The notes beneath the pieces were generated by a model. It worked only from the letters and a program-made list of their open reading frames with translations. It was not told where the DNA came from and did no database searches. Made by a program: the position numbers and the translations under genes. DNA of 64,000 nucleotides. Source: Candidatus Obscuribacteraceae bacterium (GTDB taxonomy: Bacteria; Cyanobacteriota; Vampirovibrionia; Obscuribacterales; Obscuribacteraceae). Location of the stretch: NCBI GenBank assembly GCA_044229845.1, contig JBGASG010000003.1, positions 192,001 through 256,000 of the forward strand. The letters run 5' to 3'. Shown here piece by piece: positions 59,136 through 64,000 of the stretch (its first letter is position 1; the number at the start of each line of letters is the position of its first letter).

Positions 59136-60572
59136 TTATATCCTCTTGATTTTTGGGGGCACAATTTCCAGCGCAACCAAAGGCTCCTTGACCACGGTCA
59201 AAAGGACTTCAATAAGATCTTTGCAGTCGCTTTCCCTAATGGTTCGAAAATCCAGCACGACCGCTCCATCTTTGATCACTGAAATGACAGGAGGTTCTGC
59301 CTGTCTGAGTTTCAGAGAAAGCTGAGCTGCTTTGCACGCGGCCAACTTCAATTGCAACCCGTAACTGAGAGCATGCTGTCCGGGCAGCGAGCCGCCACCT
59401 GCCACCGACTCGGTTTTTACAACCGCAATGCTGAGGCGGGTGGCATCTGCTGACTGGTCAGCAGCAATACGGCTTTGGCATTTAGAGAGGAAACTTTCAG
59501 CGCGGAACCGCACGCTGTCCGCCGATTCTTTGAGCATGGAAAGTGCCGGCAAGAGTTTTTCCGGGTGCGGTGTCAGATAAGCAATCAGCGTGGTTTCCAA
59601 AAGAGCCAACCCCACTTTATCCAGCCGCAAGGCGCGATAAAGCGGATTTTTCGCCAGCTTATCGACTATTTTTTTGCGTCCGACAATAATGCCTGCCTGC
59701 GGACCGCCCAGGAGTTTGTCGCCGGAAAAACTGACGATATCACAGCCGGTGGCGACCACTTCGCTGACACTGGGCTCCTTTTGCAAGTCGGGAAATTCCG
59801 GCAGCGCCTGACGGCTGAGCAAAACTCCGCTGCCCAAATCCTCCAGCACCGGTACTCTTTTCTTCTTGCCGATCTGCACCACGCTTTCCAGATTCGGTTG
59901 CTCCGTAAAACCTGAGATCTGAAAGTTGGAGCGGTGGCAACGCACAATCAAGCCGGTTTCTTCCCTCACAGCCCGCTCGTAGTCGGTCGCTCGCGTCCTG
60001 TTGGTGGTGCCGACCTCTCGCAGGCGCGCACCACCGGCGGTGATGACCTCGGGCAGACGAAAGCTGCCTCCGATTTCGATCAGTTCGCCGCGCGAAACAA
60101 TCACTTCGCGATCGCGGGCCAGCGTGTTGACGCAAAGTACGACCGCCGCCGCATTGTTGTTTACACAAATAGCAGCTTCCGCTCCAGTTATCAGCCGCAG
60201 CAATGCAGAAACATGCTCCGACCGTTTGCCTCGTTCACCACTGACGAGATCGAACTCCAGATTGGAGTATCCCGAGATTTCCTGCAGCCGCCCGAGCGCT
60301 GACTCGGTCAATGGTGCCCGTCCGAGGTTGGTGTGCAGTACGATACCGGTGCCATTGATCACCCGGCGCATACCTGGTTTGAGCAGCAACTCTGCGCGTT
60401 CGGCTACGCTGTCGGCCAGCGCGTCGACACCGGGAATCTCACCGCCCTCGTCGCGCCGGCGTCCCAGTTCGTCGCGCACTAAGAGCGTCAAAAGATCGCG
60501 GCGAAACCTATCTTGCAGCGCAGACAGACGCGGATGTCTCAGCAATTTGTCTACCTGGGGGATCTGTCTCAT
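59136..60572 (-). CDS. selA: L-seryl-tRNA(Sec) selenium transferase
   Basis: RQIPQVD N-terminus, INGTGIVLHTNLGRAPL, YSNLEFDL, VNNNAAA, EIGGSFR, EVGTTNRT, FSGDKLLGGPQAG (PLP Lys) and GGGSLP. Confidence 0.95.
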   Translation of the reverse strand: MRQIPQVDKLLRHPRLSALQDRFRRDLLTLLVRDELGRRRDEGGEIPGVDALADSVAERAELLLKPGMRRVINGTGIVLHTNLGRAPLTESALGRLQEISGYSNLEFDLVSGERGKRSEHVSALLRLITGAEAAICVNNNAAAVVLCVNTLARDREVIVSRGELIEIGGSFRLPEVITAGGARLREVGTTNRTRATDYERAVREETGLIVRCHRSNFQISGFTEQPNLESVVQIGKKKRVPVLEDLGSGVLLSRQALPEFPDLQKEPSVSEVVATGCDIVSFSGDKLLGGPQAGIIVGRKKIVDKLAKNPLYRALRLDKVGLALLETTLIAYLTPHPEKLLPALSMLKESADSVRFRAESFLSKCQSRIAADQSADATRLSIAVVKTESVAGGGSLPGQHALSYGLQLKLAACKAAQLSLKLRQAEPPVISVIKDGAVVLDFRTIRESDCKDLIEVLLTVVKEPLVALEIVPPKIKRI

Positions 60573-60689
60573 AACACTTTTCGCTTCCCAATTTGCTTTC
60601 AATATTGTGACAGTCGACCCTTGCGGAATGAGGGCTTGAACCGCACAATAAATATATAGACTCCTTGCCGTCTGAGCTGAGGTGTATTC

Positions 60690-60938
60690 GTGGGCAAGAC
60701 CTTGCGTAGCAAAACTCTCTATCAAGATCGCGAATGGCTTTATCAGAAGTATGTGCGCGAAAAACTGAGCACCGTTCAGATCGCGCGCATTTACAGAGAC
60801 GAAGTAAACCGCTGGTGCGATCCCAACACAATCTCGCGTTGGCTGAAGAAGCACAACATTCCGATGCGCTCGCTTGCTGAGGCGCAGCAGAATCGTCATT
60901 CGATCACGCCTGCACCGACCGGTAAAAAAGGCCGTTAG
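60690..60938 (+). CDS. small helix-turn-helix DNA-binding protein
   Basis: GAGGTG RBS and GTG start; YQDREWLYQKY....LSTVQIA........PNTISRWLKKHNIP.R. Confidence 0.75.
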   Translation: MGKTLRSKTLYQDREWLYQKYVREKLSTVQIARIYRDEVNRWCDPNTISRWLKKHNIPMRSLAEAQQNRHSITPAPTGKKGR

Positions 60939-61058
60939 CAGATAGCCAATCGACCGGGTACTTATATATATGATTGGGCATCCCGCGCCCTGGACCCGAC
61001 ATTTGACAGCCACTTCCCTGGCTGTCGTCTAAAAGCGTCTGCGGGTCTGAAATTTCAA

Positions 61059-61286
61059 CTAAAGAGTGGGGGCGCCGCCGGGTACTGAGATCCAGGCGTG
61101 TCCCATGATCATCCCGCAAGTCAGGTAGAGCAGGACGTCGCGTCCCCCGGCTACATAGAAAACCGAGTAAGCCATGCAAGAAGCGGCGCAGCGCCAGAAA
61201 CGCGGATCTCCCTCCCGCAGAGCGACAACCGTCAGAGCGACAGCTGCGGAGAAGGGTCCTCCCAGAAAGAACATATCGAAAAGCAT
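61059..61286 (-). CDS. small hydrophobic hypothetical protein
   Basis: 75-aa ORF with 2-3 hydrophobic segments filling the gap. No recognised motif. Confidence 0.4.
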   Translation of the reverse strand: MLFDMFFLGGPFSAAVALTVVALREGDPRFWRCAASCMAYSVFYVAGGRDVLLYLTCGMIMGHAWISVPGGAPTL

Positions 61287-61386
61287 GAGTTTTCCAGCCG
61301 GTACCGCGTATCCAGAGTCTTCCGTCCTTAATTAATCATCGCCGCCGCAAACTGTCTATGGTACTTTGCCCCATGCACACGGGTAA

Positions 61387-62370
61387 ATGAGAAACATGGA
61401 CTCCGGGGACGACCTGATTTTTGGCAAGAACGCGGTGCTCGCCTATCTTCAGCGCGCTGATGACGGCTCGGGCAACGACTACAAGCAACTGCGTCAGGCT
61501 CTGATTAAGGAGCGGTTTGTCGATCACGACTTGAAAGCAGCCGATATGGCCGGCGAAGTGGAACGTGTCCTCAAGAAGTTGCGCACCGAAACCGGCGACA
61601 AGGGGCTGAAGCTGCCCAACATCAAGCAACTCGAAGGTCTGCCGACGGTGAAGGTCAACAAGATCCTTCTGGCTACGGGCGGCGCTCATGATGGGCGCAT
61701 CGACAAGATCAAGAGTCTGGCTCGCAAGCAGAAGATTCCGCTGCAAAGCTGCGACCGTCGCAAGCTGGATCAACTGGCGGGGCCGCAGCGCCGTCACCAG
61801 GGCGTCGTGGCTTTGATCACCCCCACGGAGATGTGGACTCTGGACACGTTTCTCCAAAAGCTGGTGCTGGACCGCATCAACAGAGAGTTGAACGGACAGA
61901 CGATGTCCGGCTACATGGTGGTGGCACTGGATGGGATTGAAGATCCGCACAATCTGGGAGCCATCGTGCGTACGGCAGAGAGTGCCGGCGCCAAAGCAGT
62001 TTTCGTTCCCCAGCGACGCTCGGCTGGTCTGACCGGCACGGTCGCCAAAACCAGCGCCGGGGCGATTGCTACGTTGCCGATGGTCCGCGTGTCAAATCTA
62101 GTGCACTCTATTGAGACCATGAAGAAGTATGGCTTCTGGGTGGTGGCGCTCGACCACACGGCCGAGCAGGTTTACTGGCAGGCAGACTTGTCGCGTCCCC
62201 TGCTCATCATTGTCGGCAATGAGGGTAAAGGGGTCACCCGTCTTGTTAAGGAGACCTGCGACTTTCTAGTCAAGATTCCCATGCTGGGACAGACCGAGTC
62301 ACTCAATGCCAGCGTTGCTGCTGGCATCGTTATGTACGAAGTTGTTCGCCAATGTAAAGCCGAACTTTAG
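61387..62370 (+). CDS. rlmB: 23S rRNA Gm2251 2'-O-methyltransferase (TrmH/SPOUT family)
   Basis: IFGKNAV, HQGVVA, LDGIEDPHNLGAIVRTA, GNEGKG and ESLNASVA motifs. Confidence 0.93.
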   Translation: MRNMDSGDDLIFGKNAVLAYLQRADDGSGNDYKQLRQALIKERFVDHDLKAADMAGEVERVLKKLRTETGDKGLKLPNIKQLEGLPTVKVNKILLATGGAHDGRIDKIKSLARKQKIPLQSCDRRKLDQLAGPQRRHQGVVALITPTEMWTLDTFLQKLVLDRINRELNGQTMSGYMVVALDGIEDPHNLGAIVRTAESAGAKAVFVPQRRSAGLTGTVAKTSAGAIATLPMVRVSNLVHSIETMKKYGFWVVALDHTAEQVYWQADLSRPLLIIVGNEGKGVTRLVKETCDFLVKIPMLGQTESLNASVAAGIVMYEVVRQCKAEL

Positions 62371-62454
62371 AAGAACGGTTATAATTTTCCCAGTTGAGCG
62401 CCCCAACGGACAACTAAGACCGATCCGGATCGACGTTGAAAACCGGGTCTGTAT

Positions 62455-62484
62455 TTGACACCCTCAAATACAAGCCTGTAGAAT
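62455..62484 (+). promoter_or_regulatory. sigma70 promoter of the tRNA-tuf operon
   Basis: TTGACA-18 bp-TAGAAT followed by a GC-rich discriminator, 30 bp before tRNA-Thr. Confidence 0.75.
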
Positions 62485-62514
62485 TCTGCGTCCGGCCCGG
62501 TTTCCCAGACTTTC

Positions 62515-62586
62515 GCCGGTGTAGCTCAACGGCAGAGCAACGGTTTTGTAAACCGTAGGTTGCGGGTTCGAATCCCATCACCGGCT
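62515..62586 (+). tRNA. tRNA-Thr(TGT)
   Basis: GCCGGTG/CACCGGC acceptor stem, ACGGT-TTTGTAA-ACCGT anticodon arm and GGTTCGAATCC. CCA not encoded. Confidence 0.96.
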
Positions 62587-62590
62587 TTGG

Positions 62591-62673
62591 GGGCGGATGT
62601 CCGAGTGGCTAAAGGAGACGGGCTGTAAACTCGTTGGCGAAAGCCTACGCTGGTTCGAATCCAGCTCCGCCCA
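62591..62673 (+). tRNA. tRNA-Tyr(GTA)
   Basis: GGGCGGA/TCCGCCC acceptor stem, CTGTAAA anticodon loop, long variable arm (GGC-GAAA-GCC) and GGTTCGAATCC. Confidence 0.96.
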
Positions 62674-62675
62674 AA

Positions 62676-62742
62676 TTATTTGCTTATGCCATTGCAGGTG
62701 GTGACCAACACCACCTGCAATACGGGCAGAGCTTGCAAATAA
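62676..62742. repeat. long inverted repeat in the tRNA-Tyr/tRNA-Thr spacer
   Basis: Perfect 13-bp stem ATTGCAGGTGGTG-ACCAA-CACCACCTGCAAT (62691-62721), extended by TTATTTGC/GCAAATAA. Confidence 0.8.
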
Positions 62743-62810
62743 ATAGTTACGGTCCCAGTCGCACATTATCAAGGAGTCTACAATCTATCTCTAAGCTTGG
62801 CTCTCCATGC

Positions 62811-62885
62811 GCCCATGTAGCACAGCGGTAGTGCACCCCCTTGGTAAGGGGGAGGTCACCAGTTCGATTCTGGTCATGGGCTCCA
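62811..62885 (+). tRNA. tRNA-Thr(GGT)
   Basis: GCCCATG/CATGGGC acceptor stem, CCCCC-TTGGTAA-GGGGG anticodon arm, TTCGATT T-loop and encoded CCA. Confidence 0.96.
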
Positions 62886-62979
62886 TTTTCCCCCCAGCAT
62901 GATTGAGCAGCGCAGGCCGACAGCCAGATTGGTAAGGACTGATTCAGCAAACACCCAAAGTAGGAGTTAAACACAGGAA

Positions 62980-64000
62980 ATGGCTCGCCAGAAATTCGAA
63001 CGGAATAAGCCAAACGTAAACGTTGGCACCATCGGTCACGTTGACCACGGCAAGACCTCCCTGACTGCAGCCATCACTAAAGTGCTCGCAGAACAGGGCA
63101 AAGCTAAATTCAAAGCTTACGATGAAATCGACGCTGCTCCCGAAGAGAAAGCGCGTGGTATCACAATCAACACAGCGCACGTCGAGTACGAAACCGACAA
63201 TCGCCACTACAGCCACGTCGATTGCCCGGGACACGCCGACTACATCAAAAACATGATCACCGGCGCAGCCCAGATGGACGGCGCTATCCTCGTCGTCTCC
63301 GCAGCCGACGGCCCGATGCCCCAGACCCGCGAACACATCCTGCTCGCCCGTCAGGTCGGCGTTCCGTACATCGTAGTTTGGCTGAACAAATGCGACATGG
63401 TCGACGATCCTGAATTGCTCGACCTGGTCGAAATGGAAGTTCGCGAACTGCTCTCCAAGTACGAATTCCCCGGCGACGATCTGCCGATCGTGCGCGGTTC
63501 GGCTGTGAAGACTCTGGAAGGCGACGCCAAAGAGAAAGAAAAAATCCTCGAACTGATGCAGAAGGTCGACGAATACATCCCAACCCCCGAACGCGAAATC
63601 GACAAGCCGTTCTTGCTGGCTGTTGAAGACGTGTTCTCGATCACCGGGCGCGGCACCGTTGCCACCGGACGTATCGAGCGCGGACAAGTCAAAGTCGGCG
63701 AAGAAGTGGAAATCGTTGGTTTGCAAGAAACCCGCAAGACCACCGTCACCGGCGTTGAAATGTATCAGAAGACCCTCGACTCGGGTATGGCTGGCGACAA
63801 CGTAGGTATCCTCCTGCGTGGTATCGACAAGACCATGATCGAACGCGGTCAAGTGATCGCCAAACCGGGCTCCATCAAGCCGCACACCAAGTTCTCCTCC
63901 GAAGTGTACGTGCTCTCCAAAGAAGAAGGCGGTCGTCACACCCCGTTCTTCCCCGGATACCGCCCGCAGTTCTACATCCGTACGACCGACGTCACCGGCT
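62980..64000 (+). CDS. tuf: elongation factor Tu (cut by the window end)
   Basis: [40 protein letters not shown] and EGGRHTPFF. Missing from the ORF track because there is no stop inside the window. Confidence 0.98.
   Translation, partial: MARQKFERNKPNVNVGTIGHVDHGKTSLTAAITKVLAEQGKAKFKAYDEIDAAPEEKARGITINTAHVEYETDNRHYSHVDCPGHADYIKNMITGAAQMDGAILVVSAADGPMPQTREHILLARQVGVPYIVVWLNKCDMVDDPELLDLVEMEVRELLSKYEFPGDDLPIVRGSAVKTLEGDAKEKEKILELMQKVDEYIPTPEREIDKPFLLAVEDVFSITGRGTVATGRIERGQVKVGEEVEIVGLQETRKTTVTGVEMYQKTLDSGMAGDNVGILLRGIDKTMIERGQVIAKPGSIKPHTKFSSEVYVLSKEEGGRHTPFFPGYRPQFYIRTTDVTG

Noticed and set aside
60573..61013. 147-aa N-terminal extension of selA in the ORF track
   Set aside because: It overlaps the plus-strand HTH gene, and SelA similarity begins at MRQIPQVD.
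62944..63939. 331-aa minus-strand ORF
   Set aside because: Antisense shadow of tuf on the plus strand.
1..64000. Selenoprotein genes with UGA readthrough near selA
   Set aside because: The TGA-terminated genes I checked end where their family or paralogs end. No in-frame continuation with a SECIS-like hairpin was evident by eye.

Overview
Bacterial chromosomal window. A non-photosynthetic Cyanobacteriota relative (Vampirovibrionia/Obscuribacterales-like) is an inference from gene content, not proven. The left arm (1-17.4 kb) carries four Zn-metallopeptidase-like genes (one an M16 family peptidase), tRNA-His with phased DnaA-box-like repeats downstream, a Fur-box-preceded feoB, a LysM protein, a DinG helicase, a PiT-USP pair and a GT9 glycosyltransferase. 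The centre (17.3-53.3 kb, minus strand) is the striking part. Two paralogous membrane-anchored VirD4/TrwB-like ATPases, a HerA/VirB4-like ATPase and a translationally coupled acidic protein precede four giant signal-peptide-less proteins (about 1270-3440 aa). Their N-terminal regions are unrelated and repeat-rich, but all four end in the same cassette of two expanded LysM-like domains plus a conserved ~95-aa C-terminal domain. No relaxase, VirB channel genes or integrase are visible, so this is a candidate undescribed protein export system with its substrate array. The right arm carries a coiled-coil scaffold-like protein, an MshEN-TPR-cNMP-DUF4388 signalling protein, selA, a small HTH gene, rlmB and tRNA-Thr/Tyr/Thr followed by tuf (cut by the window end). 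All calls come from motif reading only; no database search was run.
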